Origin: an uncultured bacterium
GTDB taxonomy: Bacteria > Patescibacteriota > Minisyncoccia > Minisyncoccales > UBA5738
Length of the DNA stretch: 64,000 nt
Direction: 5' to 3'
Assembly (NCBI GenBank): GCA_903847095.1
Contig: CAINCQ010000016.1
Span: 333 to 64,332, forward strand
The notes beneath the pieces are model-generated. The model searched no databases. It saw only the letters and a list, made by a program, of their open reading frames with translations, and was not told the origin of the DNA. Position numbers and translations under genes: made by a program. Positions 17,050 to 26,460 of this stretch are shown here, piece by piece (the first letter of the stretch is position 1; every line of letters starts with the position of its first letter).

Positions 17050-18747
17050 TTAACCCTTGTTCACGAATTTGCAAGGCCGGCGGGCAATGATAACGGCCAC
17101 TTCAGGCAGCAAAACCATTTCCTTTACCGCGGAGATGAATTCTTCCTGATTTCCCTGGTCAATGATCTTTATGTGTTTAACACCGCAAGCTTCCACCAAC
17201 TTTTCGATCGGCACGGGATGCTCAGCCCCGAATGAATCAGGATGGGGCTGGTGACCGGTCATAGCCGTGGTCTGATTATTGAGAATAATGATAAGCGGGC
17301 TGGAACCATTGTAAACAGTGTTAAGCAGACCTTCAATTCCGGAATGGAAAAAAGTACCGTCGCCGATGAAAGCGATCACTTTCTGATTGGTCGCTTTCTT
17401 TATCCCATGGGCAATACCGATGGAAGAGCCCATGCAAAACATATAATCATATAAACTGTGCGGCGGCAGAGCGCCCAGCATATAGCAACCGATGTCCCCG
17501 CCAAAAATCACTTCTTTTTCGTCCACTGCCTTTTTAACCGCCGAAAAAGCCAGCCAATAAGGACAACCGGGGCATAACTGAGGCAAGCGGTTAGGCACTT
17601 CGAAGCCCGGCTTGAACACCGGAAGCGGGTAATTCTTGCCGGTGAATTTGGCGATAGCGTATGCCGCGGTTTCCGGCTTCATCTCCCCTATCTGGGAACG
17701 GAAATCCGCGCCATGGATCTTTAATTTACAATTAACGTCTTTAGCTATCATCTGAATTCTTCTTTCCAAATACGGCTCAAGCTCCTCAAGCACCAAAACT
17801 TTTTTCAACGGTTTGATAAACTCTTTTATCTTAAGCTCGGGCAATGGATGGAATGTTCCCAATTTTAATACCGGGATGTTCATTTTCAGTTCTTCCATCG
17901 CTTCCAGTGTGTGCAAATAAGATATCCCGGACGTAATGATACCGATTTTTGATTTTTTTATTTGAGCGCTAATGGCGCCGGGAGTCTGTTTTTTCCCATC
18001 CTTTGAGGCTAAGAAAACATAATTCAAGTTACTTTTTTCAAAGTACGCCTGCAATTTCTCCTCGCGCTCCAGCATTTCTTTTTTCATGCCGTGCAAACGC
18101 GGCATCATGGTCACGAACTTATGTTTGTTTTTGACGAATTCTCCTTTTAGATCTACCTTTCTGGCCGGATCCAGCTCCCCCAAAACTACAAGCGCCCGTT
18201 GATGGGCTATCCGCGTCGTAACTCTTATCATCACGGGTGTTCCGAACTTCTCGGAAATCTTGAACGCCTCAATCACATAGTCCTTGCACTCCTGGGCATC
18301 CGAAGGCTCAATCATCGGAATGTGGGTCAAAACGGCGAATGGGCGCGTATTTTCTTCGCTTTGAGCCGAGCTGTGGCAGGAAGGATCGTCAGCCACGACA
18401 ATCACCATCGGAGCGCGCGTCCCGGTATAGGCCAGCGGCATAACGGCGTCCAAAGCGACATTCAAACCAAAGTTTTTATAAGCGACTAAAGTTTTCAAAC
18501 CGGAAAAATCGGCTCCGATCGCCGCTTCGGTAGCGGTCTTTTCGTTGGTGGAAAATTCAAAATAAAATTTCGGGTCCGCGGCCAGTTCTTTCGATAGCGC
18601 GTAAAAATTATTGCCGATTTCGGATGCCGGCGTCCCCGGATAGGTCGAAACAAACTGGACTCCCGCCTCAAGAGCGCCTCTGATGATCGCTTCGTTACCT
18701 AAAAACATCACCTTTTCGCCTTTTTTATTCAATAAAAGTTCCTTCAT
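17050..18747 (-). CDS. iorA: indolepyruvate:ferredoxin oxidoreductase alpha subunit (TPP-binding), no C-terminal ferredoxin domain
   Basis: 565-aa ORF. N-terminal GNEAIIRGALEAGV..TYPGTPASEI and TPP region GDIGCY..GDGTFFHSG. The protein ends ..ARRPCKFVNKG without CxxCxxCxxxCP motifs. Confidence 0.8.
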   Translation of the reverse strand: MKELLLNKKGEKVMFLGNEAIIRGALEAGVQFVSTYPGTPASEIGNNFYALSKELAADPKFYFEFSTNEKTATEAAIGADFSGLKTLVAYKNFGLNVALDAVMPLAYTGTRAPMVIVVADDPSCHSSAQSEENTRPFAVLTHIPMIEPSDAQECKDYVIEAFKISEKFGTPVMIRVTTRIAHQRALVVLGELDPARKVDLKGEFVKNKHKFVTMMPRLHGMKKEMLEREEKLQAYFEKSNLNYVFLASKDGKKQTPGAISAQIKKSKIGIITSGISYLHTLEAMEELKMNIPVLKLGTFHPLPELKIKEFIKPLKKVLVLEELEPYLERRIQMIAKDVNCKLKIHGADFRSQIGEMKPETAAYAIAKFTGKNYPLPVFKPGFEVPNRLPQLCPGCPYWLAFSAVKKAVDEKEVIFGGDIGCYMLGALPPHSLYDYMFCMGSSIGIAHGIKKATNQKVIAFIGDGTFFHSGIEGLLNTVYNGSSPLIIILNNQTTAMTGHQPHPDSFGAEHPVPIEKLVEACGVKHIKIIDQGNQEEFISAVKEMVLLPEVAVIIARRPCKFVNKG

Positions 18748-18880
18748 GTTTTTTAGTTAGTAACATTAACCCGCCCTTTGGGGCGACTAAATTCTATTGC
18801 CCTAGCTACCGATTTAATGCCAAAGCAACGCTATTTTATCTTAGCATTGAACCATTTTTTTGAAAACGGTTTAGTTGAGA

Positions 18881-20692
18881 TTATTCTACGGTCACGGATT
18901 TGGCGAGATTCCGGGGTTTATCGACATCACTGCCTCGCGCAACCGCGACATGGTAAGCAAATAATTGCAAGGGTATCACGGATAATATCGGCGTGAGCAT
19001 TTCCAGGGTTTTCGGAATATAGATCACATCATCGACGATTTGCGCGATCTCTTCGTTTCCTTCGGTCGCGATCGCCAAAACCTTTGCCCCGCGCGCTTTC
19101 AATTCCATGATATTCGAAATCATTTTTTCGTACACCGAATCCGACGGGCAAATCGCAACCACCGGAAATCCGTCTTCTATAAGAGCTATCGGTCCGTGTT
19201 TCAATTCTCCGGCGGCGACACCCTCGGCATGAATGTAAGCGAGCTCCTTGATCTTAAGGGCTCCTTCCATCGCGATCGGGTAATTATATTTCCTGCCAAG
19301 ATAAATCATGTTATCGCATTTCTTGTATTTTGCGGCCAGTTCCTTGACAAGCGGATCGCATTTCAAAGTTCTTGCCACCAAATCCGGTATCGCGGCCAAT
19401 TCGGCCGCTATGCGCTGGCCCATTACGTTAGAAAGCTGGCGTTGGCGGCCGAGGTATAGCGCCATAAGCGCCAATACTTCCAGTTGCGACGTGAAAGCCT
19501 TGGTCGACGCGACGCCAATCTCCGGACCGGCGTGGTTATAAACTCCGGCATCGGTTTCCCGGGCTTGCGTCGAATCAACGACATTCGTAATTCCTAAAGT
19601 CAGAATTCCTCTCGATTTGGCGTCGCGAAGGGCCGCCAAAGTATCGGCGGTTTCCCCGGATTGCGAAATCGCCAGTACGGCACTCTTCCGGTCCATAGTC
19701 GATTTGCGGTATCGGAATTCCGAAGCCGCGTCAACTTTGGTCGTGATCCCCGCGTATTCCTCGAACATATATTCAGCCACCAATCCGGCATATCGAGCCG
19801 TCCCGCAAGCGACAATATACATCCTGTCGATCTCACGCAATCTTTCTTCGACCGATTTCAGCCCTCCCAACTGAGTCCTCCCCTCCTCGACGACAAGCCG
19901 ACCACGCAAAGAATTTTGCAAACTGTTCGGTTGTTCCATGATCTCTTTAAGCATGAAGTGGGGATACGACCCTTTCTCAACGTCTTCGACGTTCCACTCT
20001 ATTTCATGAGGCTGGCGCTCGGTGAAAATAAAATAATTTTCCGGTGTTATCGTGGCGACCTCCCCTTCGTTCAAATACAAAACTTTTTTGGTGTTGGCGA
20101 TAACGGCCGCGGGATCCGATGCCACCAAAAATTCGTCTTTCCCGACCCCGATCAAAAGCGGGCTTCCCGACCGCGCGGCAACGATCTTGTTGGGATCGTC
20201 TTTTGAGATCACCACGATACCGTAAGTCCCTCTTAAATAACTGATGGCTTTTTTTACGGCGCATTCCAGATTGCCGTCGAAAAATTTTTCGATCAAATGG
20301 GCAATTACTTCCGTATCGGTCTGGGAAACGAACAGATGGCCTTCGCGCCGCAATTCTTCTTTTAAATCCTTGTAATTTTCAATAATGCCGTTATGAACCA
20401 CCGAGATCCCGCCACGACAATCAAGATGGGGATGAGCGTTGCAATCGGTCACGCCGCCGTGAGTGGCCCATCGGGTATGAGCGTGGCCGATATTCCCTTC
20501 CACGTTCATAGTTAAAAGCTCCGGTGCCGCCAGGGAGATCTTTCCGGTTTTTTTATAATAAAAAGGTTCTTTGTTCTGATCCAAAACGCGGAAACCAAAA
20601 CTGTCGTATCCGCGATACTCCATTCTCTTTAATCCCGACAGTAAAATCGGGAAGGCGGGTTTGGCGCCGATATATCCGATGATTCCACACAT
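18881..20692 (-). CDS. glmS: glutamine--fructose-6-phosphate aminotransferase
   Basis: 603-aa ORF. MCGIIGY Ntn start, two SIS domains, C-terminal ..AKSVTVE. Confidence 0.95.
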   Translation of the reverse strand: MCGIIGYIGAKPAFPILLSGLKRMEYRGYDSFGFRVLDQNKEPFYYKKTGKISLAAPELLTMNVEGNIGHAHTRWATHGGVTDCNAHPHLDCRGGISVVHNGIIENYKDLKEELRREGHLFVSQTDTEVIAHLIEKFFDGNLECAVKKAISYLRGTYGIVVISKDDPNKIVAARSGSPLLIGVGKDEFLVASDPAAVIANTKKVLYLNEGEVATITPENYFIFTERQPHEIEWNVEDVEKGSYPHFMLKEIMEQPNSLQNSLRGRLVVEEGRTQLGGLKSVEERLREIDRMYIVACGTARYAGLVAEYMFEEYAGITTKVDAASEFRYRKSTMDRKSAVLAISQSGETADTLAALRDAKSRGILTLGITNVVDSTQARETDAGVYNHAGPEIGVASTKAFTSQLEVLALMALYLGRQRQLSNVMGQRIAAELAAIPDLVARTLKCDPLVKELAAKYKKCDNMIYLGRKYNYPIAMEGALKIKELAYIHAEGVAAGELKHGPIALIEDGFPVVAICPSDSVYEKMISNIMELKARGAKVLAIATEGNEEIAQIVDDVIYIPKTLEMLTPILSVIPLQLFAYHVAVARGSDVDKPRNLAKSVTVE

Positions 20693-20724
20693 AATTTTTT
20701 TAGTACGGACTGTTGTGGCCCGCC

Positions 20725-23202
20725 TTAAAGCTGCGTTACAAAATTAATGAGTTTTCCGGGAACATAAATGGTTTTCGCGATTTCTTTTCCCGCAATCCAT
20801 TTATGCGCTATTTCCGAATTTTTGGCAAGGCCTTTGGCCTCCTCTTCCGATATCCCGGTTTTCATTTCGATCTTGCCCCGGGTTTTTCCGTTCACCTGGA
20901 TAACAAACGATGCCATCTCGTCCTTGATCAGATTTTCATCATAGACAGGCCATTTATTCTTAAAAATGCTTGAAGTTCCGCCAAAAGACTGCCAAAGTTC
21001 TTCACCCAAATGAGGCGCCATCGGCGCCAGCATGATTATAAATTTAAGATAACTTTCTTTTGAAACAGCAAGTTGCCGGTCCAGTTCATTCGCCAATATC
21101 ATCAAAGCCGATATAGCCGTATTGGTCCGGAAATGATCGAGATCCTCGCTCACTTTTTTTATCGTCTTATGAAGAATTTTCGTTATGCCGACGCTATCTT
21201 CAATACTGTCGGACACTTTATATCGAAGATGCCAAGTTTTATGTAAAAACCGATAAACGCCCGCGACTCCATTATCCGACCATTCCGAAGCCTGATCCAT
21301 CGGCCCCATGAACAGCTCATAAAGACGCAGAGTATCGGCACCGTATTGGACCACGATACTGTCGGGACTGATGACATTGCCTTTGGACTTGGACATTTTG
21401 GCGCCCTGATAATAGATCAACCCCTGGCTATACAATTTAGAAAACGGCTCGTCTATTTCAACATAGCCAAAATCCTTCAAGGCCTTGGTAAAAAACCTGG
21501 AATAAAGAAGATGCAGAACGGCGTGCTCCACTCCCCCGACGTAAAGATCGACAGGCAGCCACTTGGAAATCAATTCAGGGGACGCGAACACTGCCTTGTT
21601 TTTGGGATCGGTATAACGGAAATAATACCAAGAGGAACAGACGAACGTATCCATTGTTTCGGTTTCACGCTCGGCTTTCCCCCCACATTTCGGACAAACG
21701 GTTTTTACAAATGCCTTGCTGCGCGCCAACGGCGACTTTCCGTCGCTGGTAGGCTTAAAATCCTTGATGCGGGGCAGCAAAACCGGCAGATCGCGATCTT
21801 CGACCGGCTGCCATCCGCACTTAACGCATTTTACCATCGGGATCGGTGCCCCCCAATAACGCTGCCGCGAAATCAACCAATCGCGCAATCGATAGTGGAT
21901 CGTGGTTTTTCCCTGGCCCCTTTTCGCCAGATATTTGGCGATGTCCGCAGCACCGGCCTCGGAAGTCAAACCCGAAAACACTTCGGAATTCTGCAGTACC
22001 CCATATTCCTCAAAAGCGCGTTCAGGCAAAGTTGTTTCGCCGTTTTTTGGCTTGACCACTTCAATAATGGGCAACCCGTGTTTTTTGGCGAAAAGAAAAT
22101 CGCGCTGGTCGTGGGCCGGTACGGCCATTACCGCCCCGGTCCCGTAGTCCATTAGAACATAATCGGCGATAAATACCGGCAAATCCTTGTTGTTAACCGG
22201 ATTAACGACCCTGACCCCCCTCAACTCCACGCCGGTTTTTTCCCGGTCTTCCGCGGAACGTTCGATCTCGGTTTTCGATAAAGCGCCGGCCATATATGAA
22301 GCCGCTTCTTCCCAATTGGAAACCAACGGCTTCAGCTTTTCCAAGATCGGATGCTCCGGAGCGATAACAACATAAGTGCAGCCGAAAAGGGTGTCGACGC
22401 GAGTGGTAAAAACCTCAAGTTTTTTGTCATCTTCCTCTTTTATCCCGGTAAAAAAAGAAAACTGGATATCCGTGCCGTAAGATTTCCCTATCCAGTTGCG
22501 CTGGATGGTTTTTATCTTTTCGGGCCAATCGATCAGTTCCAAACCTTCAAGCAACCGTTCGGCGTAATCGGTGATCTTGAAGAACCATTGTTCCAGCAAT
22601 TTTTTTGAAACACCGCTACCGCACCGCTCGCATTTTCCTTCAACGACCTGCTCATTGGCCAGCACGGTCTTGCAAGAAGGACAAAAATTGACGGGTGCTT
22701 TTTTCCGGTAAGCCAAACCATTCTTGTATAATTGCAAAAACATCCATTGGGTCCAGCGGTAATAATCCGGACTGCTGGCGATCACTTCCCGGCTCCAGTC
22801 ATAGCCCAAACCGGCCGCTTTAAATTGCCGCCGGATATTTTCGATGGCTTTTTTCGTGGCGGCCGCCGGATGAATCCCGGTTTTTATCGCAAAGTTTTCG
22901 GCCGGCAAGCCGAAAGAATCAAAACCTATCGGCCTCAACACCTCATAGCCTTCCATCATCTTGCGTTTCGCGACCACATCCGACAGCGTGTAACCCTTGA
23001 AATGGCCGACATGCAAACCGTAAGCCGACGGATAAGGAAACATATCCAAACCGTAAAACTTGGGCTTTAAACTTCCGTCATCCGCCCGGAAAGTACCTTG
23101 CTCCTCCCAGATTTTTTGCCATTTTTTTTCGATCGTTTTATGGTTGTATCCCGGATTTTTGGCAACCCGGCCGATTGTTTTTGTTTTTGTTTTTTTTGGC
23201 AT
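20725..23202 (-). CDS. leuS: leucine--tRNA ligase
   Basis: ORF 20725..23259. Start placed at the ATG at 23202 (MPKKTKTK..), which avoids overlap with the upstream gene. HVGH (HIGH) and KMSKS motifs, CP1 editing domain. Confidence 0.95.
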   Translation of the reverse strand: MPKKTKTKTIGRVAKNPGYNHKTIEKKWQKIWEEQGTFRADDGSLKPKFYGLDMFPYPSAYGLHVGHFKGYTLSDVVAKRKMMEGYEVLRPIGFDSFGLPAENFAIKTGIHPAAATKKAIENIRRQFKAAGLGYDWSREVIASSPDYYRWTQWMFLQLYKNGLAYRKKAPVNFCPSCKTVLANEQVVEGKCERCGSGVSKKLLEQWFFKITDYAERLLEGLELIDWPEKIKTIQRNWIGKSYGTDIQFSFFTGIKEEDDKKLEVFTTRVDTLFGCTYVVIAPEHPILEKLKPLVSNWEEAASYMAGALSKTEIERSAEDREKTGVELRGVRVVNPVNNKDLPVFIADYVLMDYGTGAVMAVPAHDQRDFLFAKKHGLPIIEVVKPKNGETTLPERAFEEYGVLQNSEVFSGLTSEAGAADIAKYLAKRGQGKTTIHYRLRDWLISRQRYWGAPIPMVKCVKCGWQPVEDRDLPVLLPRIKDFKPTSDGKSPLARSKAFVKTVCPKCGGKAERETETMDTFVCSSWYYFRYTDPKNKAVFASPELISKWLPVDLYVGGVEHAVLHLLYSRFFTKALKDFGYVEIDEPFSKLYSQGLIYYQGAKMSKSKGNVISPDSIVVQYGADTLRLYELFMGPMDQASEWSDNGVAGVYRFLHKTWHLRYKVSDSIEDSVGITKILHKTIKKVSEDLDHFRTNTAISALMILANELDRQLAVSKESYLKFIIMLAPMAPHLGEELWQSFGGTSSIFKNKWPVYDENLIKDEMASFVIQVNGKTRGKIEMKTGISEEEAKGLAKNSEIAHKWIAGKEIAKTIYVPGKLINFVTQL

Positions 23203-23221
23203 ATTTTTGCCCGCGGATTCT

Positions 23222-23734
23222 CTATCCTTTTTTGGAATAATATTTTTTGACCAGATCATTGAATTCGCGAAGAACGTCGGCTTCGATCAGAATATCCCGG
23301 TCGTCTTCCAAGGCAATCCATTTGAAAACCGGTATCGGCCAACCATCCCGTTTTTCCTTGACAAAATAAGGCGGAATCAAAATCCGAAAATAAGGTTTTT
23401 CCTTGGGTGTCACCAAGACTATTTTGGCAACCCAAAACTTTTCCAGCGGCTCTTTATCCATCAGAAGCTCTTCTTCCAACGATTCCGGATCGGTCCTAAA
23501 CTTGACCTCCAAAAGCTGGGGCTTCCCCAGCGCTCCGATGATCGCAAAATCCGGGATCGAGGAGATCTTTTTTCCGATATCGCTATCCTTGCAAAAATCC
23601 TGCTCTAGCTGGACGATATTCTCAAGCTGGGCGTCGGAACCTAAACGATAGACCCGGTTTCCCGATCTTTTTAGAAGGTCCTCAACCAGGTTTTCCGCTA
23701 TTTTTCCCTTTAAAATGTTTTCCGATACGGCCAT
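23222..23734 (-). CDS. PD-(D/E)xK nuclease-fold protein (hypothetical)
   Basis: 170-aa ORF. N-terminal GKIAENLVEDLL helix, then IPDFAII..x13..LLEVKFR, which matches a PD..(D/E)xK signature (by eye). Confidence 0.45.
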   Translation of the reverse strand: MAVSENILKGKIAENLVEDLLKRSGNRVYRLGSDAQLENIVQLEQDFCKDSDIGKKISSIPDFAIIGALGKPQLLEVKFRTDPESLEEELLMDKEPLEKFWVAKIVLVTPKEKPYFRILIPPYFVKEKRDGWPIPVFKWIALEDDRDILIEADVLREFNDLVKKYYSKKG

Positions 23735-23810
23735 ATCTTTGTAAAATTAACTCTATTCTAACAGAATGGCCGCTCTTTTCAAGGAAAGAAAGACCCAAGC
23801 AGTAGTCAGC

Positions 23811-23836
23811 AAAAAGCAGGGATTTAAATTCCCTGC
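23811..23836 (-). terminator. intrinsic terminator
   Basis: Minus strand reads GCAGGGA-atttaaa-TCCCTGC followed by TTTTTGC. Confidence 0.7.
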
Positions 23837-23848
23837 CTGATATATGTA

Positions 23849-23940
23849 TGCGGCGGCCCGGATTCGCACCGAGGTCGCGCGCGTGGCTTGCGCGCATGCT
23901 GACATTGTCGCGGTGATGTTGCGGCCTACACTACCGCCGT
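23849..23940 (-). ncRNA. 92-nt tRNA-like cloverleaf element (not a canonical tRNA)
   Basis: Minus strand shows a 6-bp closing stem CGGCGG/CCGCCG, a D-like arm GTGT/ACAT, a 6-bp GCGCGC hairpin and a T-arm-like CTCGG-TGCGAAT-CCGGG. There is no 7-nt anticodon loop with U33, and G sits where T-loop U55 should be. Confidence 0.35.
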
Positions 23941-23986
23941 TCCTAAAGGTTTGGATTCTTCCTTTTACCGCGAAAAATTTTTGCTG

Positions 23987-24550
23987 TCAATGTTTTCTGC
24001 CGCACTCGGCCCGATCGGCTAATTCCAAAATCATTTCCTCCGGCTGGTTTCCGAACAGGACTAAAAAATTTTGTCCGGCTACCAAAACCGTACCCGTTTT
24101 TTCCGAAACTTCGCCCTGGAAACAAACCTTTTTCGGTTCGTCGATCGGAAGCGGTTCTCGCGGATGATCCGAGTTTTTAATGAAATCCCTGACTCCGCAA
24201 ATAGACCCGGATCCCCAGTGAACCAGAAGAACGGTCGGATTTTCCGATTGCCAGACTTTTCCTTCGGTCAAAAGCAGCTCCAGCTCGGTTGAACCATAAC
24301 AGCAGAAACAACGGTACTGATGGTGCCAATCCATTTCTTTTGTTTTTGCCAAGACCCAGCCGTTAAGGGCGATTATTCCGATCTGGGTGCCAAAAAATTG
24401 CCTTGTTTCCACAACCTTGAAATTGGAAAACTCCCCGATCTGGTCGATACAATCGGGATAAATCCCGATCTCTTCGCAAATTTCGGGCAATATCGGGTCT
24501 TCTCCGGTGCCGGGTTCCTCTTGCCCCATTTCTTCTTTTTTTTGCTCCAT
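23987..24550 (-). CDS. hypothetical protein (187 aa)
   Basis: ORF with a strong SD (AAGGAGGcagggtATG). Acidic N-terminus, no motif recognised. Confidence 0.6.
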   Translation of the reverse strand: MEQKKEEMGQEEPGTGEDPILPEICEEIGIYPDCIDQIGEFSNFKVVETRQFFGTQIGIIALNGWVLAKTKEMDWHHQYRCFCCYGSTELELLLTEGKVWQSENPTVLLVHWGSGSICGVRDFIKNSDHPREPLPIDEPKKVCFQGEVSEKTGTVLVAGQNFLVLFGNQPEEMILELADRAECGRKH

Positions 24551-24643
24551 ACCCTGCCTCCTTTAACAATGAGCTCTTTTGCCTGCTGATTTTAGCTAAT
24601 TTGCCGGACCTGTCAAGAAAAAAAACGGAAAGGAATCCCGTTC

Positions 24644-25015
24644 TTAAGCTGCCCGGAACATCGATACACTTGCGTTTTTTTGTTTGCGCTGCCGGTCATG
24701 AACGAGCTTCAGATCAAGCAGTTGCAATAAAAATTCATTTATCGAATAGCGGAATGGGCGCTCTTTTTCCCGGCAAACGAAACATGCGGCCAACAACCAG
24801 CTTAAATGAACAGAGGTTTGGTTGTTACCCGCGCCCACGCTTAACTCCGCTCTCGTCATCGGGCCGTTGTCTTTAAGCGCTAGGATAATCTTCCGGCGCT
24901 CTTCGTGTTTCAAAATGCTGTGCATTCGGCGGCATAAACGGCTAAGATCTTCAAGGTTTTCGGCAGTGATAGCCATCGCCTCCTCTTTCGTTGGTAATCG
25001 AAATTTTTCGGCCAT
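24644..25015 (-). CDS. ArsR/SmtB-family winged-helix transcriptional regulator
   Basis: 123-aa ORF. LKHEERRKIILALKDNGPMTRAELSVGAGNNQTSVHLSWLL fits the ArsR HTH pattern. Confidence 0.65.
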   Translation of the reverse strand: MAEKFRLPTKEEAMAITAENLEDLSRLCRRMHSILKHEERRKIILALKDNGPMTRAELSVGAGNNQTSVHLSWLLAACFVCREKERPFRYSINEFLLQLLDLKLVHDRQRKQKNASVSMFRAA

Positions 25016-25120
25016 TATCCAAACGTCTCCATTGGTTTTTAAAGTACGATATTGATTATAATGATTTTTTTTAATCCGTCAATAAAAAAACAGGAGATCT
25101 TCCTGTTTTAAACACACTCA

Positions 25121-25480
25121 TTAAGGGTAGTGACCCTCTTTCTTGCCGAATTTCTGGCATTCGTCTTTACGAAACTTCAGCCACTCGGCCAGCATTCTTC
25201 CCCAGACATAATTCGTTTGGTAGAGAATCACTTCTTTTTTACCCGTACAAGTCCTTACCAAGCCGGATTTTTCCAGTAAAGCGAGATGGATTTCCGCCTG
25301 GTCAATACCCGTTATTTTGATAATATCGGGTAAGGAATAACCGCCATGCGGAGAACAATTAGCCAACAGGGCGAAAATCGCCTGCCTTTCCGCGCTATTC
25401 AGCGCCTCTACGACCCGGCAAAAGCTCTTTACCTTCCTGCCTGCGTTCGTCTGAAAGATTTTATCGGTTTCTTCCGTCAC
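25121..25480 (-). CDS. ArsR-like winged-helix regulator (paralog of the neighbouring gene)
   Basis: 119-aa ORF. GTG start after AGGAGGaatggt. LNSAERQAIFALLAN..YSLPDIIKITGIDQAEIHLALLEKSGLV. Confidence 0.55.
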   Translation of the reverse strand: MTEETDKIFQTNAGRKVKSFCRVVEALNSAERQAIFALLANCSPHGGYSLPDIIKITGIDQAEIHLALLEKSGLVRTCTGKKEVILYQTNYVWGRMLAEWLKFRKDECQKFGKKEGHYP

Positions 25481-25543
25481 ACCATTCCTCCTGATTCTTA
25501 AATTGCTTTTTTGATTATAATCAATTATATAAATTAGTCAAGG

Positions 25544-26446
25544 CTATTTCAACGTGTCGATGAATGCTTCCAAGCGCGTCTGGTATCCGGCCTCGCCGGT
25601 CTGCTCGTCGATGATCAAGTATAAAAACGGTATTTTTTTGGTCCGGAACGCCTTTTCCACGAATTCCTTGATCACGGCGTCGCAACCGCATTGGAATGAC
25701 GAAATCTCGATCGCGCCCGCCAAGCCGTATTCGATCGCCAGTCCGATCTTTTCCAGCATTTCTTCGCCGAATTCCCAGTGGAATTTCGGTATTTCAAAAC
25801 CAAGTTTATCTCCGATGGTCAAGCCTTTAAGCGGAACCTCGTCCAGAAAAATGGGCTCCGCTCCCAGATGGCGAAGTTTTTCTTCGATCTGCAAATTGGA
25901 ATATTCGTCGAACAAATTATAAGGATGGGAGACCAAAAGGATCTTTTTGGTTTTCGACGCCATTTTCCGGGCGAATTTTTCTTCTCTTTCCTTTTTTAAT
26001 TCCTGCTCCTTGACCAGGCCCTTGTTCATCGCCCTTTCGATCAAATAAATATCGGACTCGATCTTCCGGCCAAGACGCTGGATGGTCTTTTCGAAAGGTT
26101 CTTTCCGCTGGTCGAAACTTTCGGACAGGATCGGGGTTTTAACAATAATCTTGGCAATATCGGGCAAACCAAAAAATTTAGGACAGTATTCCAATCCCTT
26201 GATATCGGTTTTCATCCGCGGAACGAAAATCTTGTCGCATTTCCCTTCCAGCCATAAAAGATGACCCCAGAAAATTTTGCTGGAAAAACAAGTTTCCGGA
26301 TCGGCAACGCGCACGCCCATATCGACGATCTCCTTATTGCTTTTAGGGGAAAGCACCACCTTGCATCCCATTTCCTCAAAAAAAACCTCCCAGAATTGGG
26401 GTTTTTTCCAGTAAATCAAGGATCTTGGAATTCCGATTGTTGTCAT
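25544..26446 (-). CDS. acyl-CoA dehydratase activase-related protein (DUF2229-like)
   Basis: 300-aa ORF. The N-terminus IGIPRSLIYWKKPQFWEVFFEEMGCKVVLSP resembles the uncharacterised CoA-enzyme-activase domain family (from memory). Confidence 0.5.
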   Translation of the reverse strand: MTTIGIPRSLIYWKKPQFWEVFFEEMGCKVVLSPKSNKEIVDMGVRVADPETCFSSKIFWGHLLWLEGKCDKIFVPRMKTDIKGLEYCPKFFGLPDIAKIIVKTPILSESFDQRKEPFEKTIQRLGRKIESDIYLIERAMNKGLVKEQELKKEREEKFARKMASKTKKILLVSHPYNLFDEYSNLQIEEKLRHLGAEPIFLDEVPLKGLTIGDKLGFEIPKFHWEFGEEMLEKIGLAIEYGLAGAIEISSFQCGCDAVIKEFVEKAFRTKKIPFLYLIIDEQTGEAGYQTRLEAFIDTLK

Positions 26447-26460
26447 TGTAATAGTTTTTT

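Noticed and set aside
20693-20724. Possible glmS ribozyme upstream of glmS.
   Set aside because: Only 32 nt separate the leuS stop from the glmS start, which is far too short for the ~170-nt ribozyme. glmS appears to be co-transcribed with leuS.
21346-22155. 269-aa plus-strand ORF inside leuS, with several similar ones between 21.8 and 23.6 kb.
   Set aside because: These are antisense shadow ORFs of leuS and its neighbour. They have no motifs and a biased composition.
23849-23940. Calling this element a genuine tRNA (class II, Sec or Ser-like, 92 nt).
   Set aside because: No 5-bp stem with a 7-nt loop and U33 can be formed in the anticodon position. The T-loop reads TGCGAAT (G at position 55), and position 1-72 is an A-C mismatch. 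I kept it only as a tRNA-like element.
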